A DNA stretch of 63,086 nt from Bacteroidales bacterium (GCA_017480455.1 JAFVAP010000098.1:1-63086); one strand, 5' to 3'. Positions 47,769-58,399 are shown, counted from the first letter of the stretch. Program-made: numbers and translations. The notes: generated from the letters alone by a model not told the origin.

Positions 47769-47815
47769 CGAAAAATAAGCAACAAACAAGAAAAATAATA
47801 ATCATTTTTATGCGT

Positions 47816-47823
47816 TATCTTTG
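47816..47823 (+). promoter_or_regulatory. -7 box TAtcTTTG for the S41 protease gene
   Basis: Exact match, 21 nt upstream of the ATG at 47844. Confidence 0.5.
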
Positions 47824-47843
47824 CAAAAAAGGAAAAGAAAACA

Positions 47844-49406
47844 ATGAAAAAGAAAATATATTTGCTGCCGATAACTGCTATTTGTTTGGTCTTGGGAGTT
47901 GTCATAGGCTCTGTCATTCCTAAATTTACAGAGAGCGGTTCGGTGGTTTTCTCCGACAAGTTAGGATATGTTATCAACCTTATTTCCAATCAATATGTGG
48001 ATAAGATAGACACAGACTCCTTAACCGATGAAACGATAAAATCTTTAATGGGTAAGTTGGACCCTCATTCGGTTTACCTAAGCAAAGAGGAAGTAAAGAA
48101 AGAAAATGAGTCACTTCGGGGAAATTTTGACGGCATAGGAGTGCAGTTCCGCATAGTTGAAGACAGCATAGTCGTCGTAAGGACGATAAAAGGCGGGCCT
48201 TCGGAGAAAGCGGGCCTTATAGCAGGGGACAGAATAGTAAAGGTAAACGGCAAAAATTTAACAAAAAATGTCACTAACGATACCGTACTGCACTATCTCA
48301 AAGGAACTCGCGGCTCAAAGGTAAAGTTATCCGTTGCACGCAAGGGAATAAAGCATTTAATGGACTTTGAACTGACACGGGACAAGATAGAGACTAAATC
48401 CGTTGCCTATTTCGGAATGCTGAGAGAAAAAACAGGTTACATAAAATTAGATGAGTTTTCGGCAAATTCCTACTCCGAAGTTCACCGTGCCTTAATGTCA
48501 TTGAAGAAACTCGGAATGGAGGAACTGATTTTTGACTTAAGAGGCAACGGAGGAGGATTGCTCGATCAAGCCATTGCCATTGCAGACGAGTTTGTCCCTA
48601 AAGGCGACCTCATCGTCTACACTAAAGGTGAGCATAAACCGAGACGCGATTTCTATGCTACAAGCGGAGGTATGTTTGAGAAAGGAAAACTTACCGTTAT
48701 GATAGATGAGTTTTCGGCCTCTGCCTCTGAAATTCTCAGCGGATGCATACAGGACAACGACAGAGGAAAAATCGTCGGCAGAAGAACCTTCGGCAAGGGC
48801 TTGGTGCAGGAACAGAAAGATTTATCTGACGGAAGTGCTGTCAGATTAACGGTTGCAAGATACTATACCCCGTCGGGCAGATGTATTCAAAGACCTTATA
48901 CCAACGGAGAGAGTGAACAATATTATGAAGATTTTGTTGAGAGATATGCTAACATGGAAAACGGAGCCGATACCATAAGTCACAAAGACAAATACAAAAC
49001 AAAGTTAGGCAGAACCGTTTACGGCGGCGGAGGAATAGAACCTGATGAGACCATATCTTATAATTCAATAAAATATAATCCATATTACAGAGAACTAATC
49101 AGAAACGGATTGATATATAAATATTGTTTTGATTATGTGGATAAAAACAGAAAAACTTTCGAGACCTACTCCGACGGAGACGATTTCATAGAACGCTTTA
49201 GCGTAAACGAAAATGAGTTAAACAAAATGTTGAATTCCGCTCAAGAAACAGGACTTGCCAAAGGTAATCTGTCACAAGAAGACAAATCTGACATTAAATT
49301 GCTGATGAAAGCCTATATAGCACAAAATCTTTACGAAGACAAATACTTCTATTCTCTTTACGTTAAATTGGATAAAGAACTTCAGCAGGTACTCAAACAG
49401 CGATAA
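47844..49406 (+). CDS. S41-family carboxy-terminal processing protease
   Basis: PDZ segment (GGPSEKAGLIAGDRIVKVNG), plus DLRGNGGG and SASASE motifs. Confidence 0.85.
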   Translation: MKKKIYLLPITAICLVLGVVIGSVIPKFTESGSVVFSDKLGYVINLISNQYVDKIDTDSLTDETIKSLMGKLDPHSVYLSKEEVKKENESLRGNFDGIGVQFRIVEDSIVVVRTIKGGPSEKAGLIAGDRIVKVNGKNLTKNVTNDTVLHYLKGTRGSKVKLSVARKGIKHLMDFELTRDKIETKSVAYFGMLREKTGYIKLDEFSANSYSEVHRALMSLKKLGMEELIFDLRGNGGGLLDQAIAIADEFVPKGDLIVYTKGEHKPRRDFYATSGGMFEKGKLTVMIDEFSASASEILSGCIQDNDRGKIVGRRTFGKGLVQEQKDLSDGSAVRLTVARYYTPSGRCIQRPYTNGESEQYYEDFVERYANMENGADTISHKDKYKTKLGRTVYGGGGIEPDETISYNSIKYNPYYRELIRNGLIYKYCFDYVDKNRKTFETYSDGDDFIERFSVNENELNKMLNSAQETGLAKGNLSQEDKSDIKLLMKAYIAQNLYEDKYFYSLYVKLDKELQQVLKQR

Positions 49407-49413
49407 ACTCTGC

Positions 49414-50073
49414 TCAAGAGAGGCTCTGCTCTGCGGAAGTTCTCTCACATTGCTCCTTTTCTCCGTTTTGTTCCGCCTTTTTGTTCAAAAGGTGAAGCCA
49501 ATAATACCACATGGCAAAAATTATTATGTACATCATCGGTCTTGCAACCCAATCATGTGTAGGTGTAAACCACGAAGGGTCATAAGAAAACATTGTTGTA
49601 AGCAAAGTTATCCTTAATATATTGCAAAGGATTATTACAACGCAGCCGCAAAGAAACCAAAGCAGTTTGCCCAACCATTTCCCCCTGCACAAAATCATTA
49701 TTAAGCCCCATTGTAACAACTGCTTAACACCGGAGCAATCGTGAATGATGTGCATAATTGAATCAATCTCTCTTGTGCCGTCAGGCAAGACTGAATAGAA
49801 ATAGAAAGATGTTTGTTCGCAATAAAAAGGCTTGTCCGTAAGTAAAGCACATAAAGGTTTGCTTCCTTTGAAAGCCAAATCAGTAAAAAAGTCAAAAATA
49901 CCGTTTGTAAAAGGTCCGAATATCCAAGCATTCATATCTGTATTCCAATACAAGAAATGGAATATCACCGTAGAGACAAAAAACAACAAAGTGTCCTTAA
50001 TCAATCTTCGGTTACTTTCAACAGAACAAAGACTTTTGATTTCGTCAATAGTTTTCTTCACCGCAAAGTGCAT
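49414..50073 (-). CDS. Exosortase/archaeosortase-family intramembrane transpeptidase (XrtF-like)
   Basis: Polytopic protein with a candidate catalytic triad: Cys113 in HDCSGVKQ, Arg154 in NILR (41 residues after the Cys, the same spacing I recall for ArtA C173/R214), and His173 in THDW. Confidence 0.65.
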   Translation of the reverse strand: MHFAVKKTIDEIKSLCSVESNRRLIKDTLLFFVSTVIFHFLYWNTDMNAWIFGPFTNGIFDFFTDLAFKGSKPLCALLTDKPFYCEQTSFYFYSVLPDGTREIDSIMHIIHDCSGVKQLLQWGLIMILCRGKWLGKLLWFLCGCVVIILCNILRITLLTTMFSYDPSWFTPTHDWVARPMMYIIIFAMWYYWLHLLNKKAEQNGEKEQCERTSAEQSLS

Positions 50074-50077
50074 ATTA

Positions 50078-50722
50078 TCAAAAAAGTTTTAATATATCTT
50101 CGAGTGTAAAATCCTTAAAATCATAAATCACAGCATCAACTCTTTCTTTTACTGCACTGTAAGGATTTGTCGTCGCCAGACCGACAACTTTCATTCCTGC
50201 ACTTCTTCCTGCCTCTATCCCGGCAAAACTATCCTCAAAGACAACACAATCTTCCACTGCAGCGCCTAATTTTTTTGCTCCCAAGAGATAGCAATCCGGC
50301 GCAGGCTTAGCGTGAATTACATCTGTTGCTATGACCATTTGCTCAAACAACTCTTTTATCTGAGGACGCGAAGATAAAACGGTCTCCATTTTTATCTTGT
50401 CCGAAGAAGTTACAAGGCAAACAGGGACATCTGCTTTTTGCAATGAGCGGACAAAGTCTTCAGCTCCTTCAATGAAAGGGAAGAACATTTTTCTCTCCAT
50501 TTCATATAAGTCCTCTTCTATCCTATTCCAATCCTGCTTAAAGTCAGAAAAATATTCCGATAATATATCTCCGATAGAGTGACCTTTGATTACGGATGCA
50601 AAATCTTTCTTTTCGGGGAAATATCTTTTGCCGACATTAGTCCAAAACTCCGTATAGTTGTTTTCAGTGTCAAAGATAACCCCGTCCAAATCAAAAAGGC
50701 AGGCTATATTTCTTCTCTTCAT
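50078..50722 (-). CDS. HAD-superfamily hydrolase (beta-phosphoglucomutase-like subfamily)
   Basis: Motif I DLDGVIFDTE, plus VTSS and FEDSFAGIEAG motifs. Confidence 0.85.
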   Translation of the reverse strand: MKRRNIACLFDLDGVIFDTENNYTEFWTNVGKRYFPEKKDFASVIKGHSIGDILSEYFSDFKQDWNRIEEDLYEMERKMFFPFIEGAEDFVRSLQKADVPVCLVTSSDKIKMETVLSSRPQIKELFEQMVIATDVIHAKPAPDCYLLGAKKLGAAVEDCVVFEDSFAGIEAGRSAGMKVVGLATTNPYSAVKERVDAVIYDFKDFTLEDILKLF

Positions 50723-50723
50723 A

Positions 50724-53348
50724 CTAATAAGTTAAACGGTTTCTAAAATCATTACGCTTTTCATATTTCAAATCCTGCAACATACTTGCTTTAACCGATA
50801 TTCCGAAATTCCAACCTTGGCGCGGGCCGAAAGGAATCCAATTCATACGCAGTTCCCAACAATGTAAGTCCCGATAGAAATCTAAACTTGTGTAAGTATA
50901 ATCTTTGTTAATAAAATCATAACCTGTATTAAATCCCACCTTCCATTTATCCGTAGCATTCACATTACCGTATACCGAAAGGGTTGCTGCTTTGTTGGTT
51001 TCATATCCTGCAATGGCAACGATATATGTTGATAAGCGGGAATAGTTTGCCGAAACTGTTAAATCCCAAGGAATGGAAAAATCAACAACATCAGGTAAAA
51101 TCTCATTGTTGTTAATAAACGGAGAGTATGCAAGTTCGGTCGGTGAGGCTTTTTCTTTTATATCAGAGTTATTACCCGAAGACCTTTTGTTCAAATGCCA
51201 AGAAAGGCTCAAATTCCACTGTGAAGACTGCTTTTGAAACAATTTTTTATGTCTCTCCCACAAAAATTCGTCAGTTATTCTGTTGTTTTCGTCCAAAACA
51301 TACGGCGTATAAGAAGCAGAATAATTAACAACAATTCTTTCAAAAAGAGTTGTCCTTGCCGTAAGACGAAGAGGCTGCCAATTACATGAGTCTTTTGCCA
51401 AATCATAACCGGAAGAAAGCGAAAAGTTTTCAAGTAATTTTATTTTTTTTGTTCCTGTTATGCTGTCGGAACTGTTTTTCACTTTCATCTCTAAAGAATT
51501 GTTCAGCGCCAAAGAAATAACCCCGGATTTATTTCCCGGAGGAGAACCGTAGACTCCGTCTTCCGTTTTGGAATAATAAACTTTCTTACCTTCTTTGTCT
51601 ACGTAAAAATCATAAAATCCCAAGGATGGGTCTGAAAAATCCGGCGTAAAATTAAACGAAATCACAGGATTAAAGACATGACGCACGGCCTTGACGTATC
51701 CTTTCTTGAAAGAAAACATACCATATATCCTTGTGTTCAATCCTGAAGAAAAAGATATATCCCTGTTTGCAATAAATCCGTACACGGTGTCTTTGTCTAT
51801 TCTGTCTGTTTGAGAATTATAAGCCTTGTGAGCAGATTTCAAATACCACCTTTCATTATAAGATACGGAGTTTGTCCAGTTTAAGTATTTCAAGACTTTA
51901 GTACTGTGTTGTATGGGTATGTAATGCTTTATTCCGTTATTCATTTTGTTATACCAATCCCCTTTGAAAAGCAAAGAATCGTAGGTTTGAATTTGGTTTA
52001 TCAAGTTCATACGGTAAGCAATGGTTATTTCCTCATACCAACGTGTTTTTCCGCTTGCTTTTTTCCTCTTAAAAGGATGGAACTGTGCTGAAGAGAGTGC
52101 TATGGAAGGAAGATCCAAACTGATGTATTTTGTATTTGCGTTATAATTTTCTCCTAAGTTGGCAGAGAAAGACCAATTTGGACCGAAACGTGTTGAAAAG
52201 GCAACGGAGGATGTTGTAGTGTTGGTCATATAATCACTTACTGAGGTAGTATATTGATTATACGAAGAACTGACAAGATTAACGTTGGCGGAGAATGTTC
52301 GGTATGGGTGAGCCTTTGCATCTTGCGTGTGCGTCCATTGAAGTTTAAAATCTCTCTGTGAAGCCCATGAGGAAGTATTTTTTATTCCCGAATGATTTTC
52401 TTCCAAACGCAACTGTATCTTTCCTTTGTATCTGTATCGCTTAACATAGTTTGAACTCAAATCAATTGCATAAGACAGATTTGTATAAATATCTCCCCGT
52501 GCTGCAAGGTCCAAATAATCATTGAAAGCAAAGTACCAACCCAAGTTCCTCAAATAATAGCCTCTGTTTGTCGCATGTCCGTATGTCGGCATAAGCAATC
52601 CCGACTTTTGTTCGCTGGTTATGGGAAAGTAACCGAAGGGTAAGGCCAATGGCATAGGAATATCGGCAATGGAAAGCCAAGTAACGCCCGTTATTATTTT
52701 GTCCTGCACCTTTATCTCTGCTTTATTGAAATTTATTCCGAAGTGAGGGTCTTCCTCATTGTCGCATGTAGTGAACATTCCTTGGGAAACGTACATCGTG
52801 CTGTCGTTTATCTTCTTTATCTTCTCACCATGGAGGTATCCTTCCTGCTCTTTGGTAAACATGTGATAGATAAGACCCTTTTCAGAGTCAAAATTGTATT
52901 TCAGTTCCCTGCTTTTGTATTCGTCTTTTCCGTCCTTAAAGACAGGAAACTGAGAATTGTTTTGTGCGGAATCCAAAATAGGTAAAGCCCAAAGAGAGTT
53001 TGAATCAAAGTTAATGGTGATAAAACCCGATGATAAGTCAATTTGCTTTTGTTTTACATTAGCATTATTGTACAAATATACCTTTGAGGAATCCAAATCA
53101 AAGGAAACCGAATCCGAAGCAAAATAAGTAACCCTGTCTTTTATTCCGTTTTTACTTCTTCTTACGGATTGGACGGAATCAGTTGCAGAAGTGTCAGTTA
53201 CATTTTCGCTGAATAATACACTGTCGCTTGCAAAAAAGTCATTGTTTCTTGGTTCGGCAAGAGAGATTTTTGCAGTAAAAAAAACCAAAATAAAGATTAC
53301 AAAGTAACAAATGTTTATATATTTTTGTTTTTTCAAGTTATTATTCAA
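50724..53348 (-). CDS. lptD: Large outer-membrane protein, putative LptD-type LPS assembly protein
   Basis: 874 aa with a signal peptide, an OstA-like N-terminal region and a beta-strand-rich C-terminus. There is no in-frame ATG near the 5' end, so initiation must be at TTG (53348 or 53336). Confidence 0.65.
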   Translation of the reverse strand: MNNNLKKQKYINICYFVIFILVFFTAKISLAEPRNNDFFASDSVLFSENVTDTSATDSVQSVRRSKNGIKDRVTYFASDSVSFDLDSSKVYLYNNANVKQKQIDLSSGFITINFDSNSLWALPILDSAQNNSQFPVFKDGKDEYKSRELKYNFDSEKGLIYHMFTKEQEGYLHGEKIKKINDSTMYVSQGMFTTCDNEEDPHFGINFNKAEIKVQDKIITGVTWLSIADIPMPLALPFGYFPITSEQKSGLLMPTYGHATNRGYYLRNLGWYFAFNDYLDLAARGDIYTNLSYAIDLSSNYVKRYRYKGKIQLRLEENHSGIKNTSSWASQRDFKLQWTHTQDAKAHPYRTFSANVNLVSSSYNQYTTSVSDYMTNTTTSSVAFSTRFGPNWSFSANLGENYNANTKYISLDLPSIALSSAQFHPFKRKKASGKTRWYEEITIAYRMNLINQIQTYDSLLFKGDWYNKMNNGIKHYIPIQHSTKVLKYLNWTNSVSYNERWYLKSAHKAYNSQTDRIDKDTVYGFIANRDISFSSGLNTRIYGMFSFKKGYVKAVRHVFNPVISFNFTPDFSDPSLGFYDFYVDKEGKKVYYSKTEDGVYGSPPGNKSGVISLALNNSLEMKVKNSSDSITGTKKIKLLENFSLSSGYDLAKDSCNWQPLRLTARTTLFERIVVNYSASYTPYVLDENNRITDEFLWERHKKLFQKQSSQWNLSLSWHLNKRSSGNNSDIKEKASPTELAYSPFINNNEILPDVVDFSIPWDLTVSANYSRLSTYIVAIAGYETNKAATLSVYGNVNATDKWKVGFNTGYDFINKDYTYTSLDFYRDLHCWELRMNWIPFGPRQGWNFGISVKASMLQDLKYEKRNDFRNRLTY

Positions 53349-53358
53349 ATAAAATTAT

Positions 53359-53366
53359 TAATTTTG
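53359..53366 (+). promoter_or_regulatory. -7 box TAatTTTG for the amidase gene
   Basis: Exact match, 51 nt upstream of the ATG. Confidence 0.45.
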
Positions 53367-53377
53367 TATTCATTTTG

Positions 53378-53385
53378 CAAAATTA
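53378..53385 (-). promoter_or_regulatory. -7 box TAatTTTG for the lptD-like operon
   Basis: The plus strand reads caaaatta, 30 nt upstream of the TTG start. Confidence 0.45.
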
Positions 53386-53416
53386 TGATTTTTTTTAAAA
53401 ATATAGATAATATATA

Positions 53417-54682
53417 ATGAATGAACATAAAGATATATACAAATTTTTACTTTTTATCTTTTGCTTTTTCAGTGCTTTTTTCTGCTTTTCACAAAATGAA
53501 GAAGGGAAAAATGTATTTGACAAAGTTGTTATAGATGCAGGGCACGGGGGAAACAAACCCGGAGCATTGGGAACTAAGTTCAAGGAAAAAGATATTACAC
53601 TTGCCGTTGCAATAAAACTGGGCAAGCTAATCAACGAACATCTTAAGAGTGTAAAGGTTTATTACACCAGAGTTATAGATCAGGATATTGACCTTTACAA
53701 ACGCTCTTCCGTGGCTAACAAAATTAATGCTGATCTTTTTCTTTCAATACACTGCAATTCAGCAACCGCAAAAACGGCAGGAGGAACCGAAACCTATGCT
53801 ATGGGTCTTGGCAAGACGGAATCAAATTTAGAAGTAGCAAAAAAAGAAAACGCCGAAATACTTACTGAAAAAGGCTCTTTGGAAAACTATCAGGGCTTCG
53901 ACCTTAATTCTCCTGAGGGCGACATTCTTTTTTCCCTTTATCAGAATGCTTATTTGCAGAACTCACTTGATTTTGCTGCCAAGGTGCAATCTCAATACAC
54001 CAAAAACGTTCCTATGAAAAACCGCGGCGTTCATCAAGCCAATTTCGTCGTTCTTTGGAAAGCGGCCATGCCTGCCGTTCTTACCGAGATAGGTTTTATT
54101 TCCAATCCTAAGGAAGAAGAATACATAGGTTCGGAATACGGACAATGGACGATAGCTGCTTGTATTTTCAGAGCTATATGCGAATACAGAAACAAGGTTG
54201 ATAATCTCACCGATGCAATTCCTTCTATTGAGAAACTTATTCCTCAAGAAGTTCAGGAAAAAGAAAATATTCGCAAACAAAATGAGCAGATAGAACAACA
54301 ACGTAAGCAGGAAGAACAGAAACAAATTGCCGAAAAACAAAAACAGGAACAGCAGATAGCCCAACAAAAGCAACAAAAAGAAAGAGCGGAACAAAAAAAG
54401 AAAGAGGGTATTGACCTTGTTTACCGCGTTCAGTTCCTTTCTTCTCCGACGCAGTTAAACAACAACGACAGCCGCATAGCAGATTTGGAAGATGTCTTTT
54501 CCTATAACGAAAAAGGCTCTTGGAAATACACTGCAGGACTCTTCGCTTCACAACAAGAAGCCTTGGATTACCAAAAGAAAGTCAAAGAAAAATATGCCGA
54601 TGCCTTTGTTGTAGCTTTCTATCAAGGCAAAAGAGTTTCCATAGTTGAGGCAAAAAGACTTTCAAGTCAAAAAACGCAATAA
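53417..54682 (+). CDS. N-acetylmuramoyl-L-alanine amidase (Amidase_3) with Q/E/K-rich linker and C-terminal SPOR-like domain
   Basis: VVIDAGHGGNKPGA and LSIHCNS motifs. The linker reads QNEQIEQQRKQEEQKQIAEKQKQEQQ. The C-terminal YRVQFLSS...GLFASQQEA is SPOR-like. Confidence 0.85.
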   Translation: MNEHKDIYKFLLFIFCFFSAFFCFSQNEEGKNVFDKVVIDAGHGGNKPGALGTKFKEKDITLAVAIKLGKLINEHLKSVKVYYTRVIDQDIDLYKRSSVANKINADLFLSIHCNSATAKTAGGTETYAMGLGKTESNLEVAKKENAEILTEKGSLENYQGFDLNSPEGDILFSLYQNAYLQNSLDFAAKVQSQYTKNVPMKNRGVHQANFVVLWKAAMPAVLTEIGFISNPKEEEYIGSEYGQWTIAACIFRAICEYRNKVDNLTDAIPSIEKLIPQEVQEKENIRKQNEQIEQQRKQEEQKQIAEKQKQEQQIAQQKQQKERAEQKKKEGIDLVYRVQFLSSPTQLNNNDSRIADLEDVFSYNEKGSWKYTAGLFASQQEALDYQKKVKEKYADAFVVAFYQGKRVSIVEAKRLSSQKTQ

Positions 54683-54700
54683 TTTTTTTTACTCTTACGG

Positions 54701-54783
54701 AAATAAAACGAAGTTTTAAAAAATTAAAACGAAGATTCAGCAAATTAAAACGAAGACTTAGCAAATTAAAACGAAGATCCACT
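54701..54783. repeat. Intergenic repeat copy E: four tandem 20-21-nt units AAAT(T)AAAACGAAG(A/T)NT(C/T)AGC
   Basis: Units start at 54701, 54721, 54742 and 54763. The array sits between the amidase stop (54682) and the mlaD ATG (54808). Confidence 0.9.
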
Positions 54784-54807
54784 AAACAGAAAGCAAAACA
54801 AGAAAAA

Positions 54808-55743
54808 ATGAAACTTAAAAACGAATATCAAATAGGGCTTGCAGCATTAATAACCTTTATCGTTCTTATCGTCGGTATAAATTTTTTGAAAGGCAAATCC
54901 TTTTTCTCCGGACAGAAAACCTATTATGCCATTTACGAAGACGTGAGCGGAATGCACGAATCCTCGTATATTTACATCAACGGTATGAAAGTAGGTTATG
55001 TTGTCAAGATTTCACCCATGAATAAAAAAAATAACCGTTTCTTAGTCAAAGTATCAGTAGACAAAGATATAGAAATACCATCTGACAGTAAACTTACACT
55101 GTTTTCAGCAGGTCTTATGAGCGGAGAAGCCTTAAAAATAGATTTGGGAACTGCAACTTCCATACTGCAAACCAATGACACAATGCAGGGAGGTGCAGAA
55201 AAAGGTATAATGGATGAACTTTCTCCTATGGCGACAAGCCTTTCCTCCATTCTGATGCGTATAGATACTCTCACCAATACTTTAAACCGAACCGTTGATG
55301 AGCAGGCTAAACAAAACATTCAACTGACTTTGAATAACATAAATCAAATTTCGGCAAGACTGAACAACATTTCTCAAAATGTAGACAATCTTGTGACGAA
55401 AGACAAAGATAAACTTGACAGAATAGTATCAAATGTTGAAAGCATAACAAAAAATCTTGCAGACAACAATCAAACCATTACCAATATCATTTCCAGATTT
55501 GACAATATTTCTTCGGATATAGAAAAGCAAAATATAGGAAACACTCTTGCCGAGGTTAATTCCTCCTTGCAAAATCTTAACCTTATGCTGAACAAAGTGG
55601 AAAAGGGAGAGGGTAATCTCGGATTGCTGCTTAATGATGAGGGATTATATAAAAATATAAACAATGCTGCAAAAGATTTGGACGAACTTATCATAGACTT
55701 GAAAAAGAATCCTAAACGCTATATCAATGTCTCGGTATTCTGA
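54808..55743 (+). CDS. MlaD/MCE-family protein
   Basis: N-terminal TM segment, an MCE domain (...IYINGMKVGYVVKI...) and a long helical N/L/I-rich C-terminus. Confidence 0.8.
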   Translation: MKLKNEYQIGLAALITFIVLIVGINFLKGKSFFSGQKTYYAIYEDVSGMHESSYIYINGMKVGYVVKISPMNKKNNRFLVKVSVDKDIEIPSDSKLTLFSAGLMSGEALKIDLGTATSILQTNDTMQGGAEKGIMDELSPMATSLSSILMRIDTLTNTLNRTVDEQAKQNIQLTLNNINQISARLNNISQNVDNLVTKDKDKLDRIVSNVESITKNLADNNQTITNIISRFDNISSDIEKQNIGNTLAEVNSSLQNLNLMLNKVEKGEGNLGLLLNDEGLYKNINNAAKDLDELIIDLKKNPKRYINVSVF

Positions 55744-55906
55744 TTAAGCTGAAAAGTTTATCAAAAACAAGTTCTTCTGTCTGAAATCCGTTTTCCCTGA
55801 TTAGACATTTTAGGGTTACAAAGGGCAGAAACATTGTTTTTACCTTATAAATATGCTTTTTGACTGAAAAGAAAAAGAATCTTGGGAAAGAAAAACAAAT
55901 TTAAGA

Positions 55907-57694
55907 ATGAAAAATATAAGAAATTTCTGTATCATTGCACATATTGACCACGGGAAAAGCACCTTGGCTGACCGTATGTTAGAGTTTACCCACAGCATTC
56001 CGCAAAGGGAAATGGAAAATCAAGTTCTGGATAACATGGATTTGGAACGTGAGAGGGGTATAACCATAAAATCGCATGCCATACAGATGGAATATGAATA
56101 CAAAGGTGAGAAGTACTTCCTCAATCTTATAGATACTCCCGGACACGTTGATTTTTCCTATGAGGTTTCCCGCTCTTTAGCTGCCTGTGAGGGTGCTTTG
56201 TTGGTTGTAGACAGCACTCAAGGAATACAAGCCCAAACAATATCAAACCTTTATCAAGCTTTGGACAACGACCTTGAGATTATACCCGTCTTAAACAAAA
56301 TAGACCTGCAAAATTCTATGGTTGAAGAGGTCTCTGACCAAGTAATAGACCTTTTAGGCTGCGAAAAAGAGGATATTATTCTTGCTTCTGCAAAGACAGG
56401 TGCAGGTGTGGAACAGATAATGGAAAGAATCATAGAAAAGATTCCCCAACCTAAACAGGAAGAGTCACAGCCTCTGCAAGCCCTCATCTTCGATTCCGTT
56501 TTCAATGCTTACAGAGGTGTCATCTGTTATTTCAGAATTTTTGCAGGAACCTTGTCTCAAGGCGACAAAATAAAGTTTATGAATACGGGTAAAGAGTATA
56601 ATGCTGACGAGATAGGTATATTGAAATATGACCTCTCGCCTTGCAAAACCCTTAAAGCAGGTGACGTAGGTTACATCATCTCTTCCATAAAAGCAAGTAC
56701 GGAGGTAAAAGTCGGAGACACGGTTACAAAGGTAGATAATCCTTGTTCTGAAGCAGTGAAAGGTTTTCAAGAGGTGAAACCTATGGTCTTTGCCGGTGTA
56801 TATCCACAAGATGCCGCAGACTATGAAGAATTGCGTGCTTCCATAGAAAAACTTCAACTCAACGATGCTTCGCTTACTTTCGTTCCGGAGAGTTCTTTGG
56901 CGTTGGGATTCGGTTTCCGTTGCGGCTTTTTGGGACTTCTGCACATGGAAATCATACAGGAAAGATTGGAAAGGGAGTTTAACATAGATGTAATAACGAC
57001 AGTGCCGAACGTAAACTACAAAGTCTTTACCACAAAAGGGGAATGCCTTGAAGTTTACAATCCTTCGGGCTTGCCCGACCCTTCATCTATCGAACACATA
57101 GAGGAACCTTTCATCTTGGCTTCTATAATCACCAAAACAGAATTTATCGGCGCTATAATGAAACTTTGCATAGACAAAAGAGGTATTTTGAAAAATCAAA
57201 CCTACATTTCAACTGACCGTGCCGAAATAGTTTTTGAATTGCCTTTAGGTGAAGTTGTCTTTGATTTTTACGACAAATTAAAATCCATAAGTAAAGGTTA
57301 TGCTTCGTTTGACTATCATCCGTATGATTACCGTCCGTCAAAATTGGTCAAACTTGAGATTTTGCTTAACGGAGACCCCGTTGATGCACTTTCAACACTT
57401 ATTTATGCAGACAACGCTTATCCTTTCGGACGGAGAATGTGCGAAAAGCTGAAAGAATTAATTCCACGCCAGCAATTCGATATTGCAATCCAGGCAGCAA
57501 TAGGAAGTAAGATTATAGCAAGAGAAACAGTCAAGGCCGTAAGAAAAGATGTTACTGCCAAGTGTTACGGAGGCGACATAACGAGAAAAAGAAAACTTTT
57601 GGAGAAACAAAAAGAAGGAAAGAAACGTATGCGTCAAGTAGGCTCGGTAGAAGTACCTCAGAGTGCTTTTCTTGCAGTCTTGAAATTGGATTAA
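55907..57694 (+). CDS. lepA: Elongation factor 4
   Basis: [12 protein letters not shown] and DTPGHVDF motifs, and the characteristic LepA C-terminus ...[26 protein letters not shown]. Confidence 0.95.
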   Translation: MKNIRNFCIIAHIDHGKSTLADRMLEFTHSIPQREMENQVLDNMDLERERGITIKSHAIQMEYEYKGEKYFLNLIDTPGHVDFSYEVSRSLAACEGALLVVDSTQGIQAQTISNLYQALDNDLEIIPVLNKIDLQNSMVEEVSDQVIDLLGCEKEDIILASAKTGAGVEQIMERIIEKIPQPKQEESQPLQALIFDSVFNAYRGVICYFRIFAGTLSQGDKIKFMNTGKEYNADEIGILKYDLSPCKTLKAGDVGYIISSIKASTEVKVGDTVTKVDNPCSEAVKGFQEVKPMVFAGVYPQDAADYEELRASIEKLQLNDASLTFVPESSLALGFGFRCGFLGLLHMEIIQERLEREFNIDVITTVPNVNYKVFTTKGECLEVYNPSGLPDPSSIEHIEEPFILASIITKTEFIGAIMKLCIDKRGILKNQTYISTDRAEIVFELPLGEVVFDFYDKLKSISKGYASFDYHPYDYRPSKLVKLEILLNGDPVDALSTLIYADNAYPFGRRMCEKLKELIPRQQFDIAIQAAIGSKIIARETVKAVRKDVTAKCYGGDITRKRKLLEKQKEGKKRMRQVGSVEVPQSAFLAVLKLD

Positions 57695-57747
57695 AATATA
57701 ATAACAATGTAACAAAGTATAATCAATAACAAAAAAAATTTATAATT

Positions 57748-58320
57748 ATGAGTATTAAAGGAACAAAAACCGAAAAATGTATAATGACATTTTTTGCAGG
57801 AGAATCACAGGCAAGAAACCGTTACACATTTTTTGCAAAACAAGCAAAAAAAGAAGGTTATGAACAAATAGCAGCCATATTCACAGAGACAGCGGCTCAA
57901 GAGGAAGAACATGCGAAGTTATTGTTCAAAATGTTAGAAGGAGGCTCTTGCGAAATATCTGCAAGTTTCCCTTCGGGAGTGATAGGTACGACAAAAGAAA
58001 ATCTTAAGGTTGCAGCAGCAGGAGAAAATGAAGAATGGACTGTCGGATATCCCGAAGGAGCGAAAATAGCCGAAGAAGAAGGTTTCTCTTCCATAGCAGA
58101 AAAGTTCAGAATGATTGCTTCAGTGGAGAAACGTCACGAAGAAAGATACCTAAAACTTCTTTCAAGATTGGAAAAAGAAGATGTTTTCTATTCAGAGGAA
58201 GAACAATGCTGGGTATGCCGCAACTGCGGATACAGATTCAAAGGAAAGCAAGCACCGGAAGAGTGTCCTTGCTGCGCACATCCGAGAGCATACTTTGAAA
58301 GAGAAGCAACAAATTTCTAA
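57748..58320 (+). CDS. rbr: Rubrerythrin
   Basis: Ferritin-like ExxH pairs and a C-terminal rubredoxin-like CRNCGY...CPCCAHP. Confidence 0.9.
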   Translation: MSIKGTKTEKCIMTFFAGESQARNRYTFFAKQAKKEGYEQIAAIFTETAAQEEEHAKLLFKMLEGGSCEISASFPSGVIGTTKENLKVAAAGENEEWTVGYPEGAKIAEEEGFSSIAEKFRMIASVEKRHEERYLKLLSRLEKEDVFYSEEEQCWVCRNCGYRFKGKQAPEECPCCAHPRAYFEREATNF

Positions 58321-58360
58321 TATCTGAACTTGAGTAAACCATAAGATATTACGGAATTTC

Positions 58361-58399
58361 AAAAAAAGCTGCTGTACTAAAAACAGTAGCTTTTTTTTT
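58361..58399 (+). terminator. Intrinsic terminator after rubrerythrin
   Basis: A7-AGCTGCTGT-actaaaa-ACAGTAGCT-T9: a 9-bp stem with one G-U pair, flanked by A and T runs. Confidence 0.7.

Noticed and set aside
47738-47989. N-terminal extensions suggested by the longest-ORF track (46925-47989, 11888-13252, 33600-34610, 44264-45352, 38870-41074, 43385-44068, 36803-37819, 10168-11598)
   Set aside because: Internal ATGs give proper signal peptides or family-typical N-termini and sit 20-60 nt downstream of TAnnTTTG boxes. The extensions are low-complexity and sometimes overlap the divergent neighbouring gene.
54701-54783. Possible CRISPR array (regularly spaced repeats)
   Set aside because: The 21-nt units are contiguous with no unique spacers between them. 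There are only four units, the sequence belongs to the dispersed repeat family, and no cas genes are in the window.
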